Positions 11,079 to 21,641 of a stretch of DNA of 64,000 nt are shown here, one piece after another. Source of the stretch: Candidatus Dadabacteria bacterium (GTDB taxonomy: Bacteria > Desulfobacterota_D > UBA1144 > Nemesobacterales > CSP1-2); NCBI GenBank assembly GCA_963805855.1, contig CAWDVW010000002.1:288001-352000 (forward strand), written 5' to 3'. The translations under genes were made by a program, and so were the position numbers. The number at the start of each line of letters is the position of its first letter. Position 1 is the first letter of the stretch. The notes beneath the pieces were generated by a model. It was not told where the DNA came from and made no database searches. It saw only the letters and a list, made by a program, of their open reading frames with translations.

Positions 11079-12241
11079 AATACATATCAATCCTCGGTTC
11101 CACAGGCTCTATAGGCCGCCAAACGCTAGAAGTCATATCAAGATTTCCTGACGAATTTCGCGTCTTAGGACTGGCGGCGGGTAGAAATATATCCCTGCTT
11201 AAAAAACAAATCCGCATTTTTAAACCCAAAATAGTATCTGTCAAAGACAAGCATAAAGCAATTCTGCTATCCAGAGAATTCCCTAATGACTCGATTGAAT
11301 TTCATTACAGCGATTCCGGTGCTGAAACTATTGCAACTCATCCCGAAGTCGATCTGGTGGTCTCAGCCATGGTGGGGTCGTCCGGCCTTAAGCCTACCCT
11401 AGCAGCAGTGGAATCATCAAAGAACATCGCACTTGCCAATAAAGAAGTTCTCGTAATGGCAGGAGGCTTATTAACAGGAAGGGCTAGGAAAAAAGGCATT
11501 AAAATTTTGCCTGTAGATAGTGAACACAGCGCAATATTCCAGGTACTAGACAGAACAAATAGGGAGCACGTGAAGAGAATCATTCTGACAGCATCAGGAG
11601 GACCATTACGTAAAACCCCAAAAAAATATTTCAAAGACGTAACTCTCGAAAAGGTGCTTGATCACCCCACATGGAGCATGGGCAAGAAAATAACGATTGA
11701 TTCGGCAACGCTTATGAATAAGGGATTTGAAGTAATTGAGGCTAAATGGCTCTTCGAAATGGAGCCCTCTAAGATCTCAGTATGGATTCATCCCCAAAGC
11801 ATAGTTCACTCTATGGTAGAATACATCGATGGCTCGATAATCGCTCAATTGAGCGAACCAGATATGAAGATTCCAATCTCATATGCCCTGGCCTACCCTG
11901 AAAGAATGCATATAAATGGAAAGGTAGTATCACCAACCGACTTTAAGAAATTGACGTTCGAGGATGTGAAATCCGACAAGTTTCCTGCACTCCAATTAGC
12001 CTATGAAGCCATAGAGGAGGGCGGCACAATGCCGGCCGTATTAAATGCGGCAAATGAAGTTGCGGTTGAATCTTTTCTCAATAATGAGTTAAAATTCACT
12101 GATATACTAAAAATTGTAAAGCGTGTAATGTCTCTTCATACAAAACTTCCTGGCGATGACATTGATCAGATTCTTGAAACTGACAACTGGGCAAGGATGA
12201 CGGCATTATCACAAATTAGAAAAAAGGGAGTAAAACAATAA
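11075..12241 (+). CDS. dxr: 1-deoxy-D-xylulose-5-phosphate reductoisomerase
   Basis: LGSTGSIG, LANKE, LPVDSEHSA, HPTWSMGKKITIDSATLMNKG. Confidence 0.97.
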   Translation: MKYISILGSTGSIGRQTLEVISRFPDEFRVLGLAAGRNISLLKKQIRIFKPKIVSVKDKHKAILLSREFPNDSIEFHYSDSGAETIATHPEVDLVVSAMVGSSGLKPTLAAVESSKNIALANKEVLVMAGGLLTGRARKKGIKILPVDSEHSAIFQVLDRTNREHVKRIILTASGGPLRKTPKKYFKDVTLEKVLDHPTWSMGKKITIDSATLMNKGFEVIEAKWLFEMEPSKISVWIHPQSIVHSMVEYIDGSIIAQLSEPDMKIPISYALAYPERMHINGKVVSPTDFKKLTFEDVKSDKFPALQLAYEAIEEGGTMPAVLNAANEVAVESFLNNELKFTDILKIVKRVMSLHTKLPGDDIDQILETDNWARMTALSQIRKKGVKQ

Positions 12242-13840
12242 ATGACAGTATTAGCATTCATCTTTGTAATAGGAATTTTGGTATTCATACATGAACTCGG
12301 GCATTTCCTCGTAGCAAAATGGAAGGGGGTCAGGGTAGAAAAATTCTCATTGGGTTTTGGCAAAAAACTACTGGGTTTTACGGCTGGCGAAACTGAGTAC
12401 TTGATCTCACTGCTTCCCCTCGGAGGTTATGTAAAGCTATATGGAGAAGGAGGAGAGGGAAACCTCGTCATTGAAGATGTGATGCCAAATTCGAAGGCCG
12501 ACAAAATAGGATTCAAACCGGGCGACAAAATACTAAAAATTGATGATATCGATCTGGCCTCTTTCCCCACCTGGAAGGAATTGGCAAACACCTTGAGAAC
12601 CAACAATGAAAAGGAATATATATTCGAAATAGACAGGCAGGACGAGAAAATACAGATAAATTCCATGGCTGAGAGCTTGGACGGTCTAAACGTGTTTTCC
12701 GAAAAGGAGTATCCCAGGAGCTTTTCCAATAAATCGATCGCTAGCAGATTAATGATTGTTGTTGCCGGTCCATTCATGAACTTCCTTCTACCTTTTCTTT
12801 TCTTGCCGATTGTTTTTTTAATCGGTATCAGTGTTCCGGCCTACCTTGAGAGCGCACCCGTCGTTGGATATGTTGAGCCTAATTCTGCTGCGAGTAAAGC
12901 GGGTTTCGAGAAAGGCGATGTTGTAAAAGAGATAAATGGGAAGGCAATAAAATCATGGAGAGATCTGAACATAACATTCCAATCAAACCCTGATATACCG
13001 CTAACTGTCGTCGTCAACAGAAATGGGACTACGAAATCGATTGAATTCAAATCCTCACCGTCTTCTCAGGGTGTGGTCGAAGTTGGTATTTCAGAACCAC
13101 TCGAAGCCAAAATCGGAGACGTAATAGAGGGTAGCCCGGCCGCACAAAGCGGGGCATTACGAAAAGGGGACCAAATACTGGTGGCAAACGGTAAAAAAAT
13201 AACAGATTGGTATCAGATGTCTTCTATAATCAGAGATAGCGGAGAAAAAGAAATTTCCCTCCTTGTTAAAAGGGGTGATAAACAGTTCAACGTGAGTCTC
13301 ATCCCTAAAATCATAGAGGGGGGCACTTATCCCGCAATCGGAATCACTCCAGAACGCGAGCAGCTCCTTAAAAAGTACGGGTTTATTGATGCGATCATCG
13401 AAGGGATAAAAGAAGCGGCAAAACTGATATTTGAGGTTACTGTCCTTCTATTTTCTTTTCTTTTCAAGCTTATTACCGGAAAAATATCCTTGGGAACCGC
13501 GGGCAAGAGCCTAGCAGGACCACTACTGATCGCTAAGGTCTCGGGGTCTGCGGCAGAAAGTGGCATAGCGTCACTCATGCAATTCACAGCATTTATAAGT
13601 ATTAACCTTGCCATTATAAACCTTTTTCCGATACCAATGCTTGACGGAGGGCATGTTCTATATCTAGCAATCGAGTCAATAAAGAGAAAACCCCTGAGTC
13701 AGAGGACCCTTGAGATAAGTCAACGTATTGGATTTACACTTTTAATCTTTATAATGTTTGTAGCGATATTTAATGACATATCAAGGCTAAAGGGCTCAAT
13801 CATCGAATCACTAAGCCGAGTACTTGAAGCCTTTCGTTGA
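12242..13840 (+). CDS. rseP: RIP metalloprotease RseP with three PDZ-like domains
   Basis: HELGH, FSLGFG, PLGGYVK, AGPFMN, NLFPIPMLDGGH. Confidence 0.94.
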   Translation: MTVLAFIFVIGILVFIHELGHFLVAKWKGVRVEKFSLGFGKKLLGFTAGETEYLISLLPLGGYVKLYGEGGEGNLVIEDVMPNSKADKIGFKPGDKILKIDDIDLASFPTWKELANTLRTNNEKEYIFEIDRQDEKIQINSMAESLDGLNVFSEKEYPRSFSNKSIASRLMIVVAGPFMNFLLPFLFLPIVFLIGISVPAYLESAPVVGYVEPNSAASKAGFEKGDVVKEINGKAIKSWRDLNITFQSNPDIPLTVVVNRNGTTKSIEFKSSPSSQGVVEVGISEPLEAKIGDVIEGSPAAQSGALRKGDQILVANGKKITDWYQMSSIIRDSGEKEISLLVKRGDKQFNVSLIPKIIEGGTYPAIGITPEREQLLKKYGFIDAIIEGIKEAAKLIFEVTVLLFSFLFKLITGKISLGTAGKSLAGPLLIAKVSGSAAESGIASLMQFTAFISINLAIINLFPIPMLDGGHVLYLAIESIKRKPLSQRTLEISQRIGFTLLIFIMFVAIFNDISRLKGSIIESLSRVLEAFR

Positions 13841-13889
13841 GCGCCAGTATTCTTGAGTGTTATAGAACTAACTATATTAAAGCATAAAA

Positions 13890-14871
13890 ATGACTCCGCA
13901 TAGATTGACCTCTGCCAGAGATTTGCCATACTCATATCTTTCTAATATATTCAAGGTCTTCAACATCAGAAGGGCTGACCGCGTATCCACTCGTCCAACA
14001 AAAGAAGGAATAACCTTTCTCGCCCTCTCCATATTTGTAGGTGTTGCCGCCTTAAATACCGGCAATAATCTACTCTATTTGATTTTCGGCATGATGCTCA
14101 GCTTCATCGCTATATCGGGATTTATGTCTATGATAAACCTATCGAGAATCGATGTTGGATCTGTAACCCCTCAGAACGTTTTTGCCCTGACACCAATATC
14201 CATTAAACTTCTTATCACAAATAAGAAGATTTTATTGCCTTCTTATTCCATCACGGTGGAAGTCGACAAAGAAAAGGGCTTCATATCATATTTACCTGCG
14301 AAGGCTACAAAAAAAGTCAACATAAGGTGTTTCTTCAAGCACAGAGGTTGGAACGAAATTCCAGACATATTCATTTCAACAAGCTTCCCATTTGGATTCT
14401 TCAGGAAGAGGGTCTTAACAAAAACGGTCAACGAAGATGTTCTCGTATATCCTAAGATTGACGAAATTGATTTTAAAGAATCTATATTCAATCAATGGTC
14501 TGACGAAAAACAATCCGTTAAAACTGGATTAGGTAGTGATGTAAGATCCATCAGAACATACCAATACGGAGATAACCCTAAACTAATTCACTGGAAATCA
14601 TCGGCGAAGATTGGCGAATTAATGATTAGAGAGCTGCACGATGATGAATCGAAAAGCGCAGTAATTCGAATTCAATCCTTCCGATGATAAAACAAAGATT
14701 GAAATTCAGATTACCAGAGCAGCCTCTCTGTTATTAGAATTGGTAAGGCAAGAATATGAAGTCGAATTTATAGCTCCCAACGTAACATTCTCAAGCTCCG
14801 ACATCGGAAGATCTCCAAGATCAGTTTTGAGATACCTAGCCCTTTACAACGGCGGGGTCAGGCCTGAATAA
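13890..14871 (+). pseudogene. DUF58 domain protein, frameshifted near 14665
   Basis: NTGNNLLYL, FPFGFF, VLVYP, IRTYQYGDNPKLIHWKSSAK; C-terminal part (EFNPSDD...ITRAASLL...VLRYLAL) continues in a shifted frame to TAA at 14869-14871. Confidence 0.75.
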
Positions 14872-14873
14872 TT
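14854..14873. repeat. REP-like repeat, left arm GGGGTCAGGCCTGAATAATT
   Basis: 17/20 identical to the reverse complement of 21743-21762. Confidence 0.7.
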
Positions 14874-14931
14874 GAATTAATTACGGAAGCGCGGCTCCAC
14901 CATCCTGCGTCGTCGCTAAAACTATCCCCCG

Positions 14932-15038
14932 GTCATACCCGCGGATTCCCCGTCAAAGTCATACGGGGACAAGCGTAAGCGGCAATCCTTGCTTTTCTTT
15001 TACCTCTGGATCCACGACTACTAATTTCGGGGATGGCA
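14932..15038. repeat. Palindromic element (GTCATNCCCGCG...AATCC / GGATCC...GGGGATGGCA type) with nested hairpin
   Basis: Same family as 55868-56008; internal CCCCGT...ACGGGGACAAGC insert. Confidence 0.65.
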
Positions 15039-15072
15039 GAACAACTAAAAAAACTAAACCGAACAAAACCCG

Positions 15073-15153
15073 GTCATCCTGAGCCTTGTCGAAGGATGAT
15101 TTTAATACACGAAGTTGAGTAATCGCACTCTTCGATGTACTCAGTGTGAACGG
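15073..15153. repeat. Palindromic doublet GTCATCCTGAGCCTTGTCGAAGGA ... CTTCGATGTACTCAGTGTGAAC
   Basis: Two inverted, imperfect copies separated by a short spacer. Confidence 0.65.
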
Positions 15154-15222
15154 GTTATTGTAGCGACTCAATAAATAAGGGACAACGAATGACAATTTTA
15201 AGTGTTCGTTGTCCTCATCTTT

Positions 15223-15615
15223 TTAAAGAAGTGATCTTACGTCTGCTATGCAATCACTTGCAAGAGCCTCTAGTTCCTCTTGAGCCTCAGGCTGCCTTGC
15301 AACATTTGCTATCAGCGCGGCTGAAATCATTCCCGAAGCCTCGCCCACCTCTCCCCGAGAAACTCGAGTGCCAAGAGCTTTGATTGCACTGACTGCACCT
15401 GATAATTCTTCCAAAATAACTTCGTCTGCATCGGGATTTCTTCCTATTCCCTCTAAAGCAGCAGCACATGCCAATGCTATCCCCCTTGCAGGTCCCTCTT
15501 GGGGTATTAAGAGTCGAGCATTTGCCACTGAATTTCCCGAAATACTTACTAGCAGCACTAGAAGTGAGCAAACCACAATGGATTGTTCCAGTGAGTTTTT
15601 CAACGAATCTTTCAT
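15223..15615 (-). CDS. Small secreted helical hypothetical protein with two Cys
   Basis: GGAGG RBS, signal peptide ending ANA. Confidence 0.7.
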   Translation of the reverse strand: MKDSLKNSLEQSIVVCSLLVLLVSISGNSVANARLLIPQEGPARGIALACAAALEGIGRNPDADEVILEELSGAVSAIKALGTRVSRGEVGEASGMISAALIANVARQPEAQEELEALASDCIADVRSLL

Positions 15616-15740
15616 GATATTCCTCCTTGCTGTCTAAAAGAATGTGTTAATAATTTTTGTGCTTCTTTCCAAGAAAGAGAGCAATTATACAGGGGTTTGT
15701 AAGCTGAAATTCTGCTGCCAAACCCCTGGGTAACTACAAT

Positions 15741-18188
15741 TTACTTCTTCTTTCCACAACTAGATTGTCCTGCCTCTGAGACTATGATGTCCTTCTCGGC
15801 TTCCGTGATCAGACCATCCGCCACAAAGTCCTCCGATGCATGGGCAACGCAGCTTACATAAGCTCCGTGGTTCTTCCAATCGTTCTCGCATGGACAGAGC
15901 TGTTCTATGGAGCAACCATCAGCGTTGACGATCTCTCCAAGGGGTGTATCGGGACATTGGTCAAGACCTCCGTCTGGCACACCGTCTCCGTCGAGATCCG
16001 CTTCGCAGACATCTCCTATGCCATTGCCGTCGGTGTCCGTCTGGTCTGGATTGGCAGAAAACTGGCAGTTGTCGGGACCATTTACGCATACTCCGTCATT
16101 TTCAGGTAGGCTAGGTAAATCACATACACCATCATTATCGTCATCCGGATCGCATGCATCTCCGCTGGCATCCCCATCCGTGTCCAACTGATCTGAGTTT
16201 GCGGTATTCGGGCAATTGTCTACATCACCACAGGTTCCATCGTCATCCACGTCGTTGTAGGGGTCGTTAGGACAGGAATCACAGTAGTCAGGCACACCGT
16301 CCTCATCGGTATCGATTTTGTCATCCCCGCCGGGGCAAATATCGACACCGTCGGCCACACCGTCCCCGTCGTCGTCAGCAAGCGTGTAGATTGTAGCTGT
16401 GCCGACACTCGCCACGCTTTCCACTGTAGCCGGCGCGCCTACAGCAAACCGCGTGCCGCCGAGGGCCAACGATCGGCCGAACCCGCCGTCCAGCTCTGCG
16501 TTTGGGGGATGAATGTCAGCCACCATCGTCCAGGGGCTCGAGCGGAGATACAGGAACGCTAGGCCCGATCTCAGGGGGGATGCACTGCAGCCGGGACAGC
16601 CAACTAGGAGAAGTCTTCCATCATCGGACATATCCAGGGACGCACCGAACTCGCCGTCGGTCTGAGCACCGATCAGCTGTTGGCTGAGGGTTCCTGGGCT
16701 GTTGAAGTCATAGATATACACCGCGCCCGTCCCACCTTTCTGAGGAGCTCCAACTGCGAGATGCGGGTTCGATGACAGCGCCACTGCTTTACCGAACCGA
16801 TCACCTGCGGACCCGTCGAATGGATTGATGATCTGCTCCTTGATTAGGGGGCTGCTGCTGAGGAACATGATGGCGCGGCCCGTGCCGGCATTGTACCCGG
16901 GCGCACCGACCGCGATCCGGTAGCTGCCAACCTTCTTTATATCGACCGAACTCCCGAACTCTGAACCCGCGCTGAGGTCACCCGAGGTGAGAAGAGTACT
17001 CAGAGTAGCGGTCAGAACTGGCGGACTGCTGATGGTGAACTCGTAGGCGTCACCTGCGTCGACACCGAAGCTGTTGTCCCGCCCAGGCGCACCGACTACG
17101 AGCGTCGTACTGCTCGTCTTAGCCCAGGCAAGAGCGGCTCCAAAATTCATTCCACGGGACGCGGGAGGATTCGGCATCACTCCGAACGCCGGAGGCGAAA
17201 GCACATAGGTATGGCTCCAAGTCGGGTTACAGTAGACATGCACAGCGCCACAGTCAGCTATGGCTATGGGGGGGGTGTTAGGGTTATTGTCATCATCAGC
17301 CACGCAATCCTCGCCCGGTGCTCCCACCGCCAGGCAGGTGTCCGCGGGATCGGGATCGAAAGCAAGTGCCGAGCCAAACCCCGCACCCTCTTCTGGGACA
17401 GGCGCAACCAGCGAGGCTTCGCGCTCCCAACTGGGAGGGCTGTTTTCGACGACGACGCGGCGGTAGATATCTACCTTCTGAGCAGACGGTGCTCCCACCG
17501 CGGCCACGTCACCGTCTGAAGACATAGCCGTCGCAGCGCCGTATTCACTCCCGGTGGGGAGGCTCGCGTCGGTGAGGTCAGGGGCCTCTTCCTCCGGTTC
17601 GGGGGGTATAGTGTCGTACTCAACCACGTACGCTACCAATTGCGAGCATGCCCTGTCATTGAACCCCCCAGCCCGCAGCTCCAGGCAGTCGGAATCATTC
17701 GGGGAGTTGTTAGGCTCATTTGCATTCCAGAAATCGACGAAGGTCTCCCCTGTAACCAGCTCCCAGCCGTCGGCGGGCTCGAGGGCCACGGAGGGCTGAA
17801 ACCCTCCGAGCCACGCATTACCGCTCGTCAGGTTGTTTACGATGAAGAGGCGTTCGTCCTCCGAAGTAATCGTCGCCAAGTGGCCTGGAACCCCCTCGAC
17901 CATAAGGGCTTCGGCTGCCATTTCTGCATCGGACCAGCTCGCACCGGTGGTGATCAGCTGGTACCAGTGGTGATTTCCTCCGTCCCCGATTGACCACCGC
18001 ACGAGTTGAGCCCAGGATGTGGATGACCACCCTAACATGCCGAGAACGATGATCGCATGTATCCAAGTGGTTCTGAAACCCTTCCTAGGTAGTGCATCCC
18101 CCAAATCCTGATTGACATAGGAGTTGAGCCCCGAAGTTGAGGCTAACCGTACTATGATTGACAAAACCTTTTTGAGCAATGTACTCAT
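15741..18188 (-). CDS. Secreted multidomain protein: C-type lectin + FG-GAP beta-propeller + thrombospondin type-3 repeats
   Basis: [19 protein letters not shown] lectin motifs; repeated FGxxxA...VGAP; DxDGDGVxDxxDNCP repeats; AGGAGG RBS. Confidence 0.85.
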   Translation of the reverse strand: MSTLLKKVLSIIVRLASTSGLNSYVNQDLGDALPRKGFRTTWIHAIIVLGMLGWSSTSWAQLVRWSIGDGGNHHWYQLITTGASWSDAEMAAEALMVEGVPGHLATITSEDERLFIVNNLTSGNAWLGGFQPSVALEPADGWELVTGETFVDFWNANEPNNSPNDSDCLELRAGGFNDRACSQLVAYVVEYDTIPPEPEEEAPDLTDASLPTGSEYGAATAMSSDGDVAAVGAPSAQKVDIYRRVVVENSPPSWEREASLVAPVPEEGAGFGSALAFDPDPADTCLAVGAPGEDCVADDDNNPNTPPIAIADCGAVHVYCNPTWSHTYVLSPPAFGVMPNPPASRGMNFGAALAWAKTSSTTLVVGAPGRDNSFGVDAGDAYEFTISSPPVLTATLSTLLTSGDLSAGSEFGSSVDIKKVGSYRIAVGAPGYNAGTGRAIMFLSSSPLIKEQIINPFDGSAGDRFGKAVALSSNPHLAVGAPQKGGTGAVYIYDFNSPGTLSQQLIGAQTDGEFGASLDMSDDGRLLLVGCPGCSASPLRSGLAFLYLRSSPWTMVADIHPPNAELDGGFGRSLALGGTRFAVGAPATVESVASVGTATIYTLADDDGDGVADGVDICPGGDDKIDTDEDGVPDYCDSCPNDPYNDVDDDGTCGDVDNCPNTANSDQLDTDGDASGDACDPDDDNDGVCDLPSLPENDGVCVNGPDNCQFSANPDQTDTDGNGIGDVCEADLDGDGVPDGGLDQCPDTPLGEIVNADGCSIEQLCPCENDWKNHGAYVSCVAHASEDFVADGLITEAEKDIIVSEAGQSSCGKKK

Positions 18189-18298
18189 GATTTGCCTCCT
18201 TAATTAAGAGCTATTTCTTTTTAAATTCTTCTATCCTTTTTCCTTCTCTTTACTGAATAACATTTCCTTCCCAGCCAGCTTCCCGAATACTCGCATCA

Positions 18299-18332
18299 GG
18301 GACAGACACCTATTATTAAAAGTGTCTGTCCC
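18299..18332. repeat. Perfect 11-bp hairpin GGGACAGACAC-N12-GTGTCTGTCCC (REP-like or terminator)
   Basis: Inverted repeat 15 nt downstream of the 18348-19487 gene. Confidence 0.7.
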
Positions 18333-18347
18333 AATTTTTATTCAAAA

Positions 18348-19487
18348 TCACGGAGCAGGAGCGAGGTAGTCGTGTAGTATCTCACCCGCCGGCCAACCGA
18401 ACTCCCATTGAAAGTCGAAGTTCACACCGCCAAAGACCGCGTCAACACTTATATCATCCCCAATTGGATCGGCCACTGAGCTGCCAAACTCCACCGTCGC
18501 GGGACCATACATTACGTTCGACGGCATCTGGTCGTCGAAGGGTACCCGAGTTAGCTGAGCTACATCTAAGCCGCCCACAACCGATGGAATCAGCTTTATA
18601 TTCACGAATGGCGGGAAGATAAACGCCAGGTCTCCCGTTAAAGGGTTCCGAAAGGGAAGCCCAGTTGCCTGTTCGAACATGTTCAGTGCGGACTCATTTA
18701 GCGGAGCAGCGGACTGTGCGGTCAATGTTGCAAGTTTTGTCGGCTTTTTCGGAGCTTCACCCTCGATATCAAACTCCCCGTTCTCATTGATGGGCCTCAG
18801 ATCCTGCCGCTCGAAATCTATTTCCACTCGGCGATGCGATTCCTTCCTTTTCACCTCACCCAGCTTTAACGGACAGCCGCCGATCATGTCACAATATTTG
18901 TAATAGTTTGGATTGCTTACGTAAGAATGTATTGGAAACATCCCTACGACATTCCCATCCTCAGGATGACCTGGAAGATTCAGCTTTACCGGCGCAAGGA
19001 CTAGAGTGAATGCGCAATGGCCCAATGTGCTTCTCGGGCATGTACCACCAAAGGCGATCATGAGCCGTGTTTCCGGGGCTGCCGGCGGTTCAATGGTTTC
19101 CAGCTCATCTGGCACAAACTCCGAGAGATCAGAACTAGTCGCAAAGAATGCCGCTGTGAGCTTACAGTCTCTGAATTGAAACGGAGCGAGTTCGTACGGT
19201 GGTGCAGCTAAGGGAGGCAGTTGAACCTCATCTGGATCCGGATCCGTATTCACTTCAAAGGCAAATGCTTCCTTATAAGGAAGAAGTGCAACAGCCACTG
19301 CCAGAATGAGTGCCATGCTAGCCACAATCCATCGCGAAATTCCAGTTCGCTCCTCCAATTCTCCTGGCCAGGGCTCAGAAACGCGTCTATTGACCGAAAG
19401 TTCTCGGTTTGTTAGCACCCCTCTTAACAACCTTCTTGTTTCTGCGAAACAAAAATTAAATAAATCAATAATATTCAGATACCTCAT
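18348..19487 (-). CDS. Acetoacetate decarboxylase (ADC)-fold protein with predicted signal peptide
   Basis: PPY motif, LSEFVPDELE, GGCPLKLG, NIKLIPSVVGGLDVAQL, GPATVEF, EILHDYL resemble the ADC family; AGGAGG RBS. Confidence 0.7.
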   Translation of the reverse strand: MRYLNIIDLFNFCFAETRRLLRGVLTNRELSVNRRVSEPWPGELEERTGISRWIVASMALILAVAVALLPYKEAFAFEVNTDPDPDEVQLPPLAAPPYELAPFQFRDCKLTAAFFATSSDLSEFVPDELETIEPPAAPETRLMIAFGGTCPRSTLGHCAFTLVLAPVKLNLPGHPEDGNVVGMFPIHSYVSNPNYYKYCDMIGGCPLKLGEVKRKESHRRVEIDFERQDLRPINENGEFDIEGEAPKKPTKLATLTAQSAAPLNESALNMFEQATGLPFRNPLTGDLAFIFPPFVNIKLIPSVVGGLDVAQLTRVPFDDQMPSNVMYGPATVEFGSSVADPIGDDISVDAVFGGVNFDFQWEFGWPAGEILHDYLAPAP

Positions 19488-19588
19488 TTTGTACTACCTC
19501 CTTGAATAGTTGATATCCAATCCCTAATAAATTAATACATTAGAATTGATCACCCTTTCATGAAACTATAAATTCTCTTCAAATTCAA

Positions 19589-19639
19589 TAGGACTTTGGT
19601 CTGAGTTTAGTCGGAATTGAAATTAGGACTTAAGTCCTA
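19589..19639. promoter_or_regulatory. Two 16-bp palindromic operator candidates (TAGGACTTTGGTCTGA; TAGGACTTAAGTCCTA)
   Basis: Perfect palindrome 19624-19639 and imperfect copy 19589-19604, 100-150 nt upstream of the 19487 start. Confidence 0.65.
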
Positions 19640-19922
19640 GACTTTTAGTTTTAAAACCTAAGAAGGAGACACTTGAATCCCTCCCCAGCCCTTCTTTAAA
19701 TGGTTAATAAGTGAAGTATTCTCTAAGGCGAGTTTATTAAAGAAGGATTCAGGACGATCTCGCAATCTACTGGAGCGATTAAACTCTATTCTAAGAGGAG
19801 ACCGCCCTGAGATTATCTAAGCGGCAACTGCGGAGGGCCCCAATGTAGGTGGATATGGACACCGTCGGCGATGATAGAGTTCTAAGAGAGTGTGAGTGTA
19901 AATATCTAGGGCGTGAGGTTTT

Positions 19923-21053
19923 TTAGTTCTGGAATTTCTTGGCGAGTTGAAGCCTACTATTCACACCCAGTTTTCTATATATATTGGTTAGGTGGGTCTT
20001 AACAGTCTTCTCACAAATAAAGAGTTTCTGAGCGATAACCTTATTGCTAAGTCCGTCGGCGATGAGATTTGTTATCTCTTGTTCCTTGTTTGTAAGGATA
20101 TTTTTAAAGACAAAAGGCTTCCCTTTTTGGATTATGACAAATCGGGTTATTATTTTTTTCATTATTTTAAGATCTCCCCAAATCTCCTCCTTATTAACAA
20201 ATCTAATGGCTTGAATCAACTTTTCGGCTTTTGTGTTATTGGTCAAAAACCCCTTTACTCCCAGTGACAAGGCGTTGATCACAATTTCGTCATCTAGATT
20301 GCGTAATACTAGTAGAACCTCGGTTTTCAAATTCTTCTCTTTAATGGGTTCTTGAATTTCCTCTATCTCTAATTTGGATGAAGACGTATCTACGATTAAA
20401 ACATCATGTATAACGTTAACAATAAGAAAATTGAACCCTTCTTTATCCGACGCCACTGCTACTATGTCTATATCTTTTTCATCTTCCAAAATTTTCTGGA
20501 TTCCTTCAACAAAGATCGGTGACGAAGTTATTAAGGCGACCGAGATTATCTTTTTTTCCTTTGATCCAGAATGCACATTTTCGTCGGTCTGTGTTGCGAG
20601 ATCATTTTGCAATTTATCGTCAATTGTCTCAACGATTACAAGTGATTTCTTCACATCAGTCGGATCATGCATCCTGTGAAAAGAATTCCTAGACAGGAAC
20701 CTAGTACCGTCTCTACTCAGCAGGTGAAATTTGTGATGAATTTCTGATTTTCCATTCTTAAAAAAATCTTTCATTAAATTCTTCACTTTTTTTCTATCAT
20801 TTACGGGTATAACTTTATTAACTTGTTTACCAACTAACTGACCTACCTTATATCCCAGCTCATCTGCACAAAACTTGTTCACAGACATTATTTCCCCTCT
20901 ATCATTTATAACAAAGCACAACATTCGGCTTTCCTCAGATTGATATTGGAATCCTTGATTCGAATTCTCGTAGACATTTCTGCTTCCGGTAAAATGAATT
21001 TTTCTACTACTGGATTCAGAATCTTTATGCATTTTAATTATCTTTTCACCCAT
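19923..21053 (-). CDS. PAS + atypical receiver + LuxR-type HTH regulator
   Basis: PAS (GEIMSVN...LGY...LVGK), REC-like middle, LTNKEQEITNLIADGLSNKVIAQKLFICEKTVKTHLTNIYRKLGV. Confidence 0.9.
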   Translation of the reverse strand: MGEKIIKMHKDSESSSRKIHFTGSRNVYENSNQGFQYQSEESRMLCFVINDRGEIMSVNKFCADELGYKVGQLVGKQVNKVIPVNDRKKVKNLMKDFFKNGKSEIHHKFHLLSRDGTRFLSRNSFHRMHDPTDVKKSLVIVETIDDKLQNDLATQTDENVHSGSKEKKIISVALITSSPIFVEGIQKILEDEKDIDIVAVASDKEGFNFLIVNVIHDVLIVDTSSSKLEIEEIQEPIKEKNLKTEVLLVLRNLDDEIVINALSLGVKGFLTNNTKAEKLIQAIRFVNKEEIWGDLKIMKKIITRFVIIQKGKPFVFKNILTNKEQEITNLIADGLSNKVIAQKLFICEKTVKTHLTNIYRKLGVNSRLQLAKKFQN

Positions 21054-21438
21054 TTCGATTACTAGAAAAACTTATAGAAATCAAACGCATATCGTTTTAG
21101 CACAAAGAGAGCATATTTTCTCCACCACAAAATAAAACTCCGTGCTGGAACAAATCAATGTTCCCTTTCGATTGCCTGTAGGTTAAATCACTCTCACTTG
21201 AGAACTCTCACCTATTCAGTAGCTAACATTATTACTTTACAACACAAAAGTCAATAGTTTTTTTCGCTAATTCATTTATTAGTTTAAGCCTATTCGTCGC
21301 GTTTGGATTCATACTTTTGAAGTCCCTAATATTGTAATGCATATGAATCGAATCGTTGCAGAACTTTGAACTTGCGTAAAGTGTAAAGTGGATATGGTCA
21401 TCGCTAATTTTGTAGTAGATTTATACTTATATATGACT

Positions 21439-21553
21439 ATGGCAAGATAAATGAGATGAGAATTTCCTGGTGCGCTATATCACATTACTTCACGCGGCAA
21501 CAACGAGCAGGAGATATTTTTGGATGGCGAGGGCTTCGAAGATAAAGAGGTAG
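21439..21553 (+). pseudogene. REP-associated tyrosine transposase (RAYT, Y1 HUH) N-terminal remnant
   Basis: Translates MAR*MR*EFPGALYHITSRGNNEQEIFLDGEGFED, matching the typical RAYT start MARPLRIEFPGAxYHxTSRGNxRxxIF; two stops, truncated. Confidence 0.8.
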
Positions 21554-21641
21554 ATTGATACAGTAAATAAAATCGACCTAATGCCGCCAAAAAATACTCA
21601 GAAAACATAAAGTCAATCAACAACCTCACTACAACGTTACT

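Noticed and set aside
14959-15195. 78-aa ORF
   Set aside because: Composed of palindromic repeat sequence
19815-19880. Minus-strand peptide SIIADGVHIH resembling a NagA motif
   Set aside because: Too short; flanking sequence shows no further similarity
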